Source: Alphaproteobacteria bacterium (GTDB lineage: Bacteria > Pseudomonadota > Alphaproteobacteria > GCA-2746255). Taken from it: a stretch of 64,000 nt of DNA. The stretch covers positions 1,920,001-1,984,000 of the forward strand of contig OZ252220.1 in the NCBI GenBank assembly GCA_965249135.1, written 5' to 3'. Of this stretch, positions 40,807-53,239 are shown piece by piece. The notes under the pieces are model-generated. The model saw only the letters and a program-made list of their open reading frames with translations. It searched no databases and had not been told where the DNA came from. The position numbers and the translations under genes are program-made. The number at the start of each line of letters is the position of its first letter. Position 1 is the first letter of the stretch.

Positions 40807-41693
40807 TGAAAAAAACTGCCTTTCTTGTCACAATAGGCATCGTCCTGGTTTCCGTCATTGTGGCGTTGAATACGCTCTTTACGGTGCACCAAACCCAACA
40901 AGTAATCGTTCTCCAATTTGGTGATCCAAGACAGGTAATCACCGAGCCAGGGTTAAAGTTCAAAATCCCCTTCATTCAGGATGTGATTTATTACGATAAG
41001 CGGTTACTGGACTTCCCCCATCCGGCGGAAGAAGTTATTGCCGCCGATCAAAAACGTTTGGTTGTTGACAGTTTTGCGCGTTGGAAGATTGTCAACCCAC
41101 TTCTATTCTACCAGACGGTGGCAAACGAACTGGGCGCACGCGCCAGACTGAATTCATTGATGAGTGCGGGTCTAAGACGTGTGATCGGCAGCGTGCCTTT
41201 GGCTGCGGTGTTGACCGAGAAGCGTATGGGCATTCGCGAAATGATCCGTGACCAGGTGGACGCCGAGGCGCAACGTTTCGGCATGCGTGTGATAGACGTA
41301 CGCATCCGTCGCGCCGACTTGCCTGCTGAGAATAGCCAGGCAATTTATGCGAGAATGAAAAGCGAGCGCGAACGTGAAGCGAAGGAGTTCCGGGCGCAAG
41401 GTGCCGAGATTGGGCAACGCATCCGCTCCCGCGCCGACCGAGACCGTATCGTGATTCTTGCCGAATCCCGAAAACAGGCACAAATCCTGCGTGGTGCAGG
41501 GGATGCCCAATCGGTTCAGATTTATGCGGATGCCTTTACCCAGGCACCGGATTTCTACGCATTCTATCGATCCTTGCAGGCCTATCGCGAATCATTACAA
41601 GGCGGTAATACAACGCTCATCCTCTCACCGGATAGTGCTTTCTTCAAGTTTTTCAAAGAGCCAGAGGGAAGGAACGCGAAGTCAAAACGGTAA
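40806..41693 (+). CDS. hflC: FtsH modulator HflC
   Basis: PGLKFKIPF, RMKSERERE, FYRSLQAY. Confidence 0.93.
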   Translation: MKKTAFLVTIGIVLVSVIVALNTLFTVHQTQQVIVLQFGDPRQVITEPGLKFKIPFIQDVIYYDKRLLDFPHPAEEVIAADQKRLVVDSFARWKIVNPLLFYQTVANELGARARLNSLMSAGLRRVIGSVPLAAVLTEKRMGIREMIRDQVDAEAQRFGMRVIDVRIRRADLPAENSQAIYARMKSEREREAKEFRAQGAEIGQRIRSRADRDRIVILAESRKQAQILRGAGDAQSVQIYADAFTQAPDFYAFYRSLQAYRESLQGGNTTLILSPDSAFFKFFKEPEGRNAKSKR

Positions 41694-41939
41694 AGAAACC
41701 GATTGGCAGCACGCCTCTCGATTTTGTGATCTTGCGTTTAAACTACGGCCTTGATTTTCTCCAGCGGTACCTAAATTTATTTGGAGTTCCATCCGAAGGC
41801 ATGCGGAACGGTCTTAGGAATAAGGCTCTTAGGGGCGCCAACACAGAGGTTGGCGAATCCGATCTTTCCGGAGGGATGTTTGAAAGGGGCTAGCCCTTCG
41901 AACATGAACCGAAGACGAAAAGGTAGACAGGAGACTCCT

Positions 41940-43481
41940 ATGATCCAGGCCAAGCTCTCGATGATGGCGCCCCACATGCCGACCCCAAAAAATCCATTTT
42001 CGATTCTTGCTCCATTGTTTGCGGCTTCATTTTTCTTGCTGGCCGTTTTGTTTCTTGCTGCTCCAGCCCAGGCAAAACAGGGACCGGGTAGCTTTGCCGA
42101 TTTGGCAAAAGAATTAACGCCGATGGTCGTCAACGTTTCGACGATTCGAGTCATCAAGAATCGTGGGCAGCGTGGACAGGAAGGTCAGCCATTTCCTCCA
42201 GGCTCCTCACCCTTCGAAGAATTTTTCGGGCAGCCCATGCCTCGGCAAGAACGTCGTCCGCGCAGGGTGCCGTCCGGAGGGTCTGGTTTTATCATTAGCC
42301 CGGACGGTTATATCGTGACGAACAATCACGTCATCGCAGATGCGGAAAAAATCACCGTTATTTTGCATGATGACACGAACCTGAAGGCCAAGATTGTTGG
42401 TCGCGACCCAAAAACGGATTTGGCGCTTCTCAAGGTTGAAACGAAAAAACCGCTTCCTGTCATTCGTTGGGGGGATTCGGATACGGCCGAGGTCGGCGAT
42501 TGGGTCATCGCCATCGGCAATCCATTCGGTCTGGGAGGTTCGGTGGTGGCGGGGATCATTTCGGCGCGTGCCAGGGAAATTAAGGGACCCATTTCGGGAC
42601 CCTATGTTGACTTCATCCAGACGGATGCGCCGATCAATAGTGGAAACTCCGGTGGCCCGATGTTCAACATGCGGGGCCAGGTCGTTGGCATCAACTCCGC
42701 CATTCTTTCGCCACGTGGCGTCTTCGGCGAAAATGCCGGGAGTATCGGGATTGGCTTTGCCATTCCATCTTCCCTGGCCAAGCCAGTCATTGCGCAGCTG
42801 AAGCAATATGGCCATGCGCGCCGTGGCTGGCTCGGTGTCCGCATTCAGGAAGTCACGCCGGAGATTGCCGAAAGCCTCGGTATGGGCCGTCCGCGCGGTG
42901 CAATGGTTGCGAGTGTCGTCGACGATAGTCCGGCGGCAAAAGCGAAGCTGTTGCCGGGGGATGTCATTCTTCGCTTTGCGGATAGGGAAATCAATAGAGT
43001 CCGCAAGCTTTCCCGTGTCGTCGCTGAAACTGCCGTCGGTAAAAATGTGAATGTCGAAATTTGGCGGAAAGGCAAGAAGAAGACCATGAAGGTTGGAATC
43101 GGCCTGATGGAAGAAGAGCAGGTTGCCGAAGCGGAGGAAGAGCCCTCGGAAGAAGGAACGCCAAAAAAAGGCGCGAAAGTACTTGGTCTATCCCTTGCCT
43201 CGATGAGCTCCGATACCCGCAATGCGTTCAATTTGCCACGCGATATAAAAGGCGTTGTGGTCGTTGACGTCGATGAAAACAGCGCGGCGATGAAGAAAGG
43301 TATTCGACCGGGAGATGTCATTACACTCATTGGCCAGGACCACGAGGAAGTGAATTCGCCGAAAGCAGTCGTCGAGAAAGTTGAGAAAGCGCGGAAGGCC
43401 GGTCATAAATTTTTCTTTCTGCAGGTCACGCGTAGAGGCGGCGAAGCGCGTTTCCTTGCGCTGCTAATAGAGGAAGACTGA
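41940..43481 (+). CDS. Do/DegQ family serine endoprotease with two PDZ domains
   Basis: TNNHV, DLAL, GNSGGP; AGGAG RBS before ATG 41940. Confidence 0.92.
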   Translation: MIQAKLSMMAPHMPTPKNPFSILAPLFAASFFLLAVLFLAAPAQAKQGPGSFADLAKELTPMVVNVSTIRVIKNRGQRGQEGQPFPPGSSPFEEFFGQPMPRQERRPRRVPSGGSGFIISPDGYIVTNNHVIADAEKITVILHDDTNLKAKIVGRDPKTDLALLKVETKKPLPVIRWGDSDTAEVGDWVIAIGNPFGLGGSVVAGIISARAREIKGPISGPYVDFIQTDAPINSGNSGGPMFNMRGQVVGINSAILSPRGVFGENAGSIGIGFAIPSSLAKPVIAQLKQYGHARRGWLGVRIQEVTPEIAESLGMGRPRGAMVASVVDDSPAAKAKLLPGDVILRFADREINRVRKLSRVVAETAVGKNVNVEIWRKGKKKTMKVGIGLMEEEQVAEAEEEPSEEGTPKKGAKVLGLSLASMSSDTRNAFNLPRDIKGVVVVDVDENSAAMKKGIRPGDVITLIGQDHEEVNSPKAVVEKVEKARKAGHKFFFLQVTRRGGEARFLALLIEED

Positions 43482-43569
43482 TTTACGCTCGCACCATTCT
43501 TGGCCGCAGATGGTGTCTGCGGTGAGGAATGTCTTGACGGCTAGGGATGGATTAGGGAAACGGTTTGGG

Positions 43570-44811
43570 ATGCCGTTAGTGACACCCTTCGCAGCACTCC
43601 GCCCGGTTTCGGAGCATGCCGCCGATGTGCTGGCGCCACCTTACGATGTGCTCACCAGTGAGGAAGCCCGTCACCGTGCCGAAGGACGGCCGTGGAGCTT
43701 TCTGCATATCTCGAAGCCCGAGATCGACCTGCCGCCGGAGACGGATGTCCATGCGCCGGAAGTCTATGGGAAGGCGGCGGCAAATCTGAAAGCCATGCTG
43801 GCAGCAGGCATTCTTCATCGCGATCCGACGCCTTGTTATTACGTCTACCGGCTTCGAATGGGCGGGCATACCCAGACCGGGATCGTCCTTGCCGCCTCCG
43901 TTACGGCCTATGACGAGGGCCGTATCCGCCGTCACGAATTGACGCGCCCCGAAAAAGAAAACGACCGCGTTCGTCAGATCGAGGCTCTGGACGCCGAGAC
44001 CGGGCCAGTGTTGCTTGCCCATCGGCGTGCGCCGGCGCTTCCACCCTTGGTTTCGGAAGTCACCGACAGAAAGCCGGCCTACGATCTCACGGCCGACGAT
44101 GGGGTTCTGCATACACTGTGGCCGATCGAGGATCCGGCCGCGATCGACAGGATTAGCGAAGCCCTCGAGGCGATGCCGACGCTTTACATCGCTGACGGCC
44201 ATCACCGTTCGGCTGCAGCCTCGCGGGTTGCGGCGGCAAAACGTGCGGCCAACCCGCACCATACTGGTAACGAGCCATATAACTATTTTCTTGCCGTCGC
44301 CTTTCCGTCCGATTCGCTACACGTGCTCGACTACAACCGCGTCATTCGGGATTTGAAGGGGCTCACGAAGCAAGCGTTTCTGGAGCGCATTCAGGAAGCT
44401 TTCACGATTACCGAATGCAAAGAGGCGGTGAAACCCGCCCATCCGGGCGAGTTTGGCATGTATCTCGAGGAAAATTGGTATCGGCTTGCGATACACCCGA
44501 CACGTATGCCAGAGGCGGATCCCGTCGCCAGGCTAGATGTGAGCCTCCTTGCCGATCATCTGATCGCTCCCATCCTTGGCATTGAGGATCTGCGTCGCGA
44601 CGACCGGATCGATTTCGTCGGTGGCGTTCATGGATTGGACGGGCTTGCGCGCCGGGTCGATTCGGGTGAAATGGCCATTGCTTTTTCGCTTTACCCGACA
44701 CGGCTCGACGATCTGATGGCCGTTGCCGATGTCGGCGAAATCATGCCGCCGAAATCCACTTGGTTTGAACCGAAACTTGCCGATGGGCTCGTCTCGCTCA
44801 TGCTATCGTGA
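43570..44811 (+). CDS. DUF1015 family protein
   Basis: PPYDV, IRRHELTR, IADGHHR, MPPKSTWFEPKL. Confidence 0.88.
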   Translation: MPLVTPFAALRPVSEHAADVLAPPYDVLTSEEARHRAEGRPWSFLHISKPEIDLPPETDVHAPEVYGKAAANLKAMLAAGILHRDPTPCYYVYRLRMGGHTQTGIVLAASVTAYDEGRIRRHELTRPEKENDRVRQIEALDAETGPVLLAHRRAPALPPLVSEVTDRKPAYDLTADDGVLHTLWPIEDPAAIDRISEALEAMPTLYIADGHHRSAAASRVAAAKRAANPHHTGNEPYNYFLAVAFPSDSLHVLDYNRVIRDLKGLTKQAFLERIQEAFTITECKEAVKPAHPGEFGMYLEENWYRLAIHPTRMPEADPVARLDVSLLADHLIAPILGIEDLRRDDRIDFVGGVHGLDGLARRVDSGEMAIAFSLYPTRLDDLMAVADVGEIMPPKSTWFEPKLADGLVSLMLS

Positions 44812-44848
44812 TTCTTAAAAGCTGGGTCCGCTTCCAAGGCCGATTGAC

Positions 44849-45781
44849 ATGACAGAACGCGTTCTCGTCATCTGTGGCCCGACGGGGAGTGGGAAGTCCG
44901 CGCTTGCACTTGCCGTTGCCGAGGCCTTCGATGGCATCGTCATCAACGCGGATAGCATGCAGCTTTACCGCAACCTGCGTATTTTGACGGCGCAGCCAGG
45001 TGAGGCGGATCTCGCACGCGCACCTCACCGTCTCTATGGGGTTTTGCCGGCAACGACGCCTGCTTCCGCCGCCAAGTGGCGGGCAATGGCGCTTGAAGAA
45101 ATTCATGCGGCGAGAGAGACGGAGAAGCTTCCCATCCTGGTCGGCGGCACCGGATTATACCTTCACGTCCTTGTCCATGGCTTGGCGGCCGTGCCGGACA
45201 TTCCACCGGAAGTGCGCGCCGAGGCGGCACACCCCCTTGAGGAGCTTGGGCCGGCCGGCCTTCATGCAAGGCTTCAGGGGTGCGATCCAGTGATGGCGGC
45301 ACGCCTCCATCCGAGTGACCGTCAGCGGCTTCTCCGTGCCTGGGAGGTGATCACCGCCACCGGCCGGTCCTTGGCCGACTGGCAGCGTGAGGAGGGCGAG
45401 GAGATGCCTACCGAGCTTGCCCCTATCGTCCTCTCACCCTCCCGGGAAGTCCTCTATGAGGCGTGCAATCAGCGCTTTCTCAGGATGATCCAGGCAGGGG
45501 CCCTGGCCGAGGTAGCCGCTCTTGAGGGGCTGGATCCGGAACTTCCTTTGATGAAGGCGGTCGGCGTGCCTGAACTGCTCCGGCACCTGCACGGGGAGAT
45601 CACGTTGGAGGCCGCGATATCCCTTGCTCAACAAGCCACACGAAACTATGCGAAGCGCCAGCTCACCTGGTTCCGTCACCAGATGACAGGGGCGCACTGG
45701 GTAAATGAGCAATATTCGGAAAGTTTACACCAAAAAATCTTTTCATTTATTCGTCAGTTTTCATTGACCCCGTCCGACTGA
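44849..45781 (+). CDS. miaA: tRNA dimethylallyltransferase
   Basis: GPTGSGKS, NADSMQ, GGTGLY, YAKRQLTWF. Confidence 0.95.
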   Translation: MTERVLVICGPTGSGKSALALAVAEAFDGIVINADSMQLYRNLRILTAQPGEADLARAPHRLYGVLPATTPASAAKWRAMALEEIHAARETEKLPILVGGTGLYLHVLVHGLAAVPDIPPEVRAEAAHPLEELGPAGLHARLQGCDPVMAARLHPSDRQRLLRAWEVITATGRSLADWQREEGEEMPTELAPIVLSPSREVLYEACNQRFLRMIQAGALAEVAALEGLDPELPLMKAVGVPELLRHLHGEITLEAAISLAQQATRNYAKRQLTWFRHQMTGAHWVNEQYSESLHQKIFSFIRQFSLTPSD

Positions 45782-45879
45782 CCGACTAGGTTGTGCCGCT
45801 TGTCGGTGAAATCTGAGGGATTCCGGCCCTCTCCCAACTCGCAATCAAAGTTCGTCAACGCGCTGAGAAGGACGCGGGA

Positions 45880-47637
45880 ATGAGTCAGGATCGGATCATA
45901 GGATCGGAGATCGTCCTCAAGGCCCTGATTGATCAGGGGGTTGAGGTTATTTTCGGCTATCCGGGCGGCGCCGTGCTGCCAATCTATGACGCGTTGTTCC
46001 GGCAGAAGGAACTTCGGCACGTCCTCGTTCGCCACGAACAGGCGGCGGCGCACGCGGCGGAAGGCTATGCGCGCTCGACCGGCAAGGTAGGCGTTGTCCT
46101 GGTGACCTCTGGTCCTGGGGCGACGAATGCCGTCACTGGCTTGACGGATGCCCTCATGGATAGCGTGCCGGTTGTTTGTCTGACCGGACAGGTTCCGACG
46201 CATCTTATCGGCACCGACGCTTTTCAGGAAGCGGACACGATCGGCATTACGCGACCGTGCACGAAGCATAATTATCTTGTGCGCGAGGCGGATAAACTTG
46301 CGCACACCGTGCACGAGGCCTTCTACGTCGCGCGCAGTGGACGCCCAGGGCCGGTTGTTATCGATTTGCCGAAAGACGTTTTGATGACCGGCGGCTCTTA
46401 TTATGGGCCTACGAATGTTGAGCATAAAACCTACAAGCCGACGGTGAAGGGGGATACGGAAAGTATCCGCCAAGCGGTCGAGCTTATGGGATCGGCAAAG
46501 CGGCCCCTTATCTATTATGGCGGCGGCGTCATTAATTCTGGCGTAGCGGCGTGCCAACTGCTGACCCAGTTCGTTGAAATGACCGGTTTTCCCTGCACGA
46601 GTACGTTGATGGGGCTTGGCGCCTTCCCTGCCTCGCATTCCCAGTTCTTGGGCCTAGTCGGCATGCACGGCACCTGCGAATCGAATTGGGCGATGCATGA
46701 CTGCGACGTCATGGTCAATATCGGGGCTCGATTCGATGACCGTGTGACCGGTCGGCTGGATGCTTTTTCGCCAGGATCGAAAAAGATCCACATCGACATC
46801 GACCCGTCCTCCATCAACAAGAACGTGCCGGTCGATTTGGCCATCATCGGCGATATCGCCCATGTGTTGGAGGACATGATCAAATTGTGGAAGGCCGCTC
46901 AGGCGCGACCGGATAAGAAAGCGCTGAAGGAGTGGTGGGAACAAATCGACGAGTGGCGGGCAAGGGATTGCCTGCACTACATGCAATCCGGCGAACTCAT
47001 CAAACCGCAATACGCTATTCAGCGGCTTTATGAGCTAACGAAGGACCGGGAGGCTTACATCACGACCGAGGTTGGGCAGCATCAAATGTGGGCCGCCCAA
47101 TACTACAAATTTGAAAAGCCGTTCCACTGGATGACGTCCGGCGGACTCGGAACGATGGGCTATGGCCTGCCGGCCGCGATGGGAGTCCAAATCGCCCATC
47201 CGAAATCCCTCGTCATCGACATTGCCGGCGAGGCCTCCATCTTGATGAACATCCAGGAAATGTCGACGCTTGTTCAACACCAGTTGCCGGTGAAGGTCTT
47301 CATTGTCAACAACGAATATATGGGGATGGTCCGTCAGTGGCAGGAGTTGATGCATGGCGGCCGCTATTCCGAAAGTTATACGGCGGCATTGCCGGATTTT
47401 GTGAAACTTGCGGAATCCTTCGGCGCGGTTGGCCTGCGTGCGACGAAGCCGGAGGACGTCGACCCGGTCATCAAGGAGATGATCGGCGTCGACAAGCCTG
47501 TCATCGTGGATGTCCGCGTTGATCCAGCGGAAAACTGCTTCCCGATGATTCCATCCGGCGCTGCCCATAACGAAATGTTATTTGGACCGGAAGACAAACC
47601 GGGCGAGGTCTCTGAAGAAGGAATGGGCCTTATCTAG
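45880..47637 (+). CDS. ilvB: Acetolactate synthase large subunit
   Basis: FGYPGG, RHEQ, TSGPGATN, SGGLGTMG, GMVRQWQ. Confidence 0.93.
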   Translation: MSQDRIIGSEIVLKALIDQGVEVIFGYPGGAVLPIYDALFRQKELRHVLVRHEQAAAHAAEGYARSTGKVGVVLVTSGPGATNAVTGLTDALMDSVPVVCLTGQVPTHLIGTDAFQEADTIGITRPCTKHNYLVREADKLAHTVHEAFYVARSGRPGPVVIDLPKDVLMTGGSYYGPTNVEHKTYKPTVKGDTESIRQAVELMGSAKRPLIYYGGGVINSGVAACQLLTQFVEMTGFPCTSTLMGLGAFPASHSQFLGLVGMHGTCESNWAMHDCDVMVNIGARFDDRVTGRLDAFSPGSKKIHIDIDPSSINKNVPVDLAIIGDIAHVLEDMIKLWKAAQARPDKKALKEWWEQIDEWRARDCLHYMQSGELIKPQYAIQRLYELTKDREAYITTEVGQHQMWAAQYYKFEKPFHWMTSGGLGTMGYGLPAAMGVQIAHPKSLVIDIAGEASILMNIQEMSTLVQHQLPVKVFIVNNEYMGMVRQWQELMHGGRYSESYTAALPDFVKLAESFGAVGLRATKPEDVDPVIKEMIGVDKPVIVDVRVDPAENCFPMIPSGAAHNEMLFGPEDKPGEVSEEGMGLI

Positions 47638-47668
47638 GGTGGGGACGTGATCGGTCGAGGAAAGAAGC

Positions 47669-48172
47669 GTGGATAAAATCGCGAAACATACGATTGGGGT
47701 GCTCGTCGACAACGAGGCGGGGGTGCTGGCACGCGTCATCGGCCTTTTCTCCGGCCGCGGCTACAATATCGAAAGCCTTACTGTCGCCGAGGTGGATGCC
47801 AAAAAGGAGCTCTCCAGGATCACCGTTGTTACGTCCGGCACCCCAATGGTGATCGAGCAGATCAAGGCACAGCTTGGTAGGCTCGTACCGGTACACAAGG
47901 TGAGCGATCTCACGACCGAAGGACCGGCCGTTGAGCGTGAGCTCGCGCTTATCAAGGTCGAAGGCAGTGGCGAGCAACGGGTCGAATCCTTGCGGATCGC
48001 CGATATTTTCAGGGCGCGCGTTGTCGACAGCACGAGCCACTCCTTCGTATTCGAAATGACTGGCTCGACGGATAAACTGAATGCCTTTATCAATTTGATG
48101 ATTCCATTGGGGCTCGTCGATGTCTCGCGTACCGGCGTCGTGGCGATTTCAAGGGGGCCTGAAGCGCTGTAG
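47669..48172 (+). CDS. ilvN: Acetolactate synthase small subunit
   Basis: DNEAGVLARV..LFSGRGYNIESL. Confidence 0.93.
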   Translation: MDKIAKHTIGVLVDNEAGVLARVIGLFSGRGYNIESLTVAEVDAKKELSRITVVTSGTPMVIEQIKAQLGRLVPVHKVSDLTTEGPAVERELALIKVEGSGEQRVESLRIADIFRARVVDSTSHSFVFEMTGSTDKLNAFINLMIPLGLVDVSRTGVVAISRGPEAL

Positions 48173-48206
48173 CCCGCCCGGTTGGGCTGGATAGCAAGAG
48201 GATTGA

Positions 48207-49229
<1,023 letters not shown>

Positions 49230-49294
49230 ATAAATCAATTGGTTAATGGCAACGCCAAGGCCGTCCGGCGCTCTGTCTGATGGAAAGGTTTTAG

Positions 49295-49310
49295 TGGACC
49301 AAATGGTCCA
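49295..49310. promoter_or_regulatory. Putative TetR operator
   Basis: Palindrome TGGACCA-AA-TGGTCCA upstream of the TetR gene. Confidence 0.65.
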
Positions 49311-49353
49311 AAAGCCCTATATTGGGCAGACTGGATTGAAATGGGTTGGGACC

Positions 49354-49938
49354 ATGGTGCGACCACGGGAATTCAACAAAGACGAAGCCCTCGAACAGGC
49401 GATGCACGCCTTTTGGGCGAAGGGCTATACGGCAACCTCCCTCCTCGATCTCATCGCGGCCATGGGCATCAGCAAGAGCAGCTTCTATGAGACCTTCGGC
49501 AGCAAGCATGAGCTCTTCGTCACGGCCCTAGACCGTTATGGGGATGAAATCGTCCGGCAAGTCGCCTTGGGACTCGAGGGCGCCCTTTCCCCGCGCCAGG
49601 CGATCCGGGATCTCTTCGATATGGCCGTCGACGGCATGTTGACGAAAGAAGGACGTCACGGATGCCTCGCTATCAACACGGCGGCCGAGCTCGCAGCACA
49701 CGATCCCCAGGTCGCGGCTCGGGTGAACGCCATCTTCGATCGGATCGCGGATGTCCTTCAGAAGGTGATTGCCCGCGGCCAGGCGGCAGGTGAGATCCGG
49801 GCCGACCGCCGCGCCGGCACCCTTGCGCGCTACCTTATGAGCACCCTTACCGGCCTTCGGGTGGTCGGCAAGGCGAAGCCGGATCGGACGGCATTGGACG
49901 ATGTGGTGCGGGTCGCGCTGTCGGCCCTCGATGGATGA
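49354..49938 (+). CDS. TetR family regulator (NemR/ComR-like)
   Basis: MVRPREF...FWAKGY..TS...MGISKSSFYETFGSK, GCL motif. Confidence 0.9.
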   Translation: MVRPREFNKDEALEQAMHAFWAKGYTATSLLDLIAAMGISKSSFYETFGSKHELFVTALDRYGDEIVRQVALGLEGALSPRQAIRDLFDMAVDGMLTKEGRHGCLAINTAAELAAHDPQVAARVNAIFDRIADVLQKVIARGQAAGEIRADRRAGTLARYLMSTLTGLRVVGKAKPDRTALDDVVRVALSALDG

Positions 49939-50514
49939 TCGCCCCATTTTGGACTAGATAGTTCATAATCATTTCCCGCGCGATCGTCTGCCTTTCGGGT
50001 AGTCCAGATACATGGCGCCAGCCTTCTCAATTTTGAACTGAAGGGTTCAAAACTAGGTCATGGCCAGGGCATGGGAGGGCCGCCGATGGAGGAAAAAGTT
50101 AAAAAATTGCTCCCCGGGCGTTGCAAAAGGACTCGGAGAAGCGCACATTTCCTTGGATTACAAAGAAAGTGTTAACCAATTTTGTTGACAATTCTCTTCG
50201 GTTGTTAATCCTAACCACAAGGGATAAAAGGCAATTACTTGGTTTGGCACAGTGTCGAACCGGTGGGAACGCGGCAAAGATGCACGAAGAACCGAAAGAT
50301 CGATTCGGTTTCACACCCGGCGGAACGATTCGCCTGTGCGGGGCCCACAGCTTTGCCACATTCCCGGCTCCTCTGCCGTTCCCTGCTGCCGCGAATTCGC
50401 TCGCGGAGATTCTTCGACTTAGGCGCCCTGAGCGTCACTGCCGCATGCCAGCAGACGTTCAGGGAGTTCGTCTTTAAGCCTGAAGTCATACGAAGAATCT
50501 GAAGGGATACCCCG

Positions 50515-52068
50515 ATGAGCAAGAGCACGGATAAAAACCGAGTCATCATTTTCGATACGACCTTGCGCGACGGTGAACAATCGCCGGGCGCGTCGATGAA
50601 TCTCGAAGAGAAATTGCGCATCGCCCAAGTGCTGGCAGAGCTCGGCGTCGACGTTATCGAAGCCGGCTTTCCGATCGCCTCGAAAGGCGATTTCGAGGCT
50701 GTGCATGAAATTGCAAAGACGATCGATGGGCCTACCATTTGCGGGCTTGCGCGTTCGGGCCGAGAGGACATCGATCGGGCGGCCGAAGCGCTGAAGCCGG
50801 CGAAGCGTAAGCGTATTCACACCTTCATTTCGACGAGTCCGCTCCATATGAAATACAAGCTTCAGATGGAGCCGGAGGCCGTCCATCAGGCGGTGATCGA
50901 CAGCGTCACGCGTGCCCGGAATTTTACGGACGATGTTGAGTGGTCCTGCGAGGACGGTTCGCGAAGCGAGCGTGACTTTCTCTACCAGTGCATCGAAAGC
51001 GCAATCAAGGCAGGCGCAACGACCATCAATATCCCGGATACGGTCGGCTATACGGTTCCGGATGAATTTGCCGATTTGATCACGTCGATCATGAACCAGG
51101 TGCCGAATATCGATAAGGCAACTATCTCTGTTCATTGCCACAACGACCTCGGCCTCGCCGTCGCCAATTCTCTGGCGGCGATCAAAGTGGGGGCACGCCA
51201 GGTCGAGTGCACGGTGAACGGCCTTGGGGAACGAGCCGGCAATGCCGCGATGGAAGAAATCGTCATGGCGCTTCGGACGCGTTCGGACGTGCTCGGTTAT
51301 ATGACAGGGATCAAAGCGGAAAACATCATGAAAGCCTCACGGCTTGTCTCAACGGTGACCGGTTTCACGGTTCAGCCGAACAAGGCCGTTGTTGGTGCGA
51401 ATGCGTTCGCTCACGAATCCGGCATTCATCAGGACGGCATGCTGAAACATGCTGGTACTTACGAAATCATGACTCCGGAATCGATCGGCCTCACCCAGTC
51501 AAAGTTGGTGATGGGCAAGCATTCTGGCCGCCATGCCTTCCGGGTGAAGCTGAAGGATCTGGGATATGACCTCGGTGATAACGCAATCGAGGACGCCTTC
51601 CGGCGATTCAAGGATCTCGCCGATAAGAAGAAGGATATCTATGACGAAGATATCATCGCGCTCGTCGACGACGCGCTCATGCAGGTGAACAATCGGATCA
51701 AATTTGTGTCGCTACGGGTTGTGTGTGGCTCGACGGGCCCGCAGACGGCAGAATTGGAGCTCGATATCGACGGCGAAGTACATAAGACGAAGGCAACCGG
51801 CGACGGGCCGGTCGATGCGACTTTTAATGCCATTCGCGAGCTGTTTCCCCATGATGCCCGTCTGCAGCTTTATCAGGTGCATGCGGTGACGGAAGGGACG
51901 GACGCCCAGGCCGAAGTCACGGTGCGGCTTGAAGAGAAGGGCAAGACCGTGAACGGACAAGGGGCAAACACCGATACCTTGGTGGCTTCCGCGCGCGCCT
52001 ACGTCATTGCGCTGAACAAGCTTCTCGTTAAACGGGAGAAGACCGCTCCGGCGGCCCTCTCAGCGTAA
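50515..52068 (+). CDS. leuA: 2-isopropylmalate synthase
   Basis: [31 protein letters not shown]. Confidence 0.95.
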   Translation: MSKSTDKNRVIIFDTTLRDGEQSPGASMNLEEKLRIAQVLAELGVDVIEAGFPIASKGDFEAVHEIAKTIDGPTICGLARSGREDIDRAAEALKPAKRKRIHTFISTSPLHMKYKLQMEPEAVHQAVIDSVTRARNFTDDVEWSCEDGSRSERDFLYQCIESAIKAGATTINIPDTVGYTVPDEFADLITSIMNQVPNIDKATISVHCHNDLGLAVANSLAAIKVGARQVECTVNGLGERAGNAAMEEIVMALRTRSDVLGYMTGIKAENIMKASRLVSTVTGFTVQPNKAVVGANAFAHESGIHQDGMLKHAGTYEIMTPESIGLTQSKLVMGKHSGRHAFRVKLKDLGYDLGDNAIEDAFRRFKDLADKKKDIYDEDIIALVDDALMQVNNRIKFVSLRVVCGSTGPQTAELELDIDGEVHKTKATGDGPVDATFNAIRELFPHDARLQLYQVHAVTEGTDAQAEVTVRLEEKGKTVNGQGANTDTLVASARAYVIALNKLLVKREKTAPAALSA

Positions 52069-52134
52069 GTTTAGGTCATGGCGGGAGAGAAGGTGGGAAC
52101 ACGCCCCTTCACTACCCAATAGAAAGCAGGGTGA

Positions 52135-53181
<1,047 letters not shown>

Positions 53182-53239
53182 TCAAGCCCTGTTCCGCTAA
53201 GGTTTGCTCGGCGGAGCTGGCAGTTCAAGGAGAAGGAGG

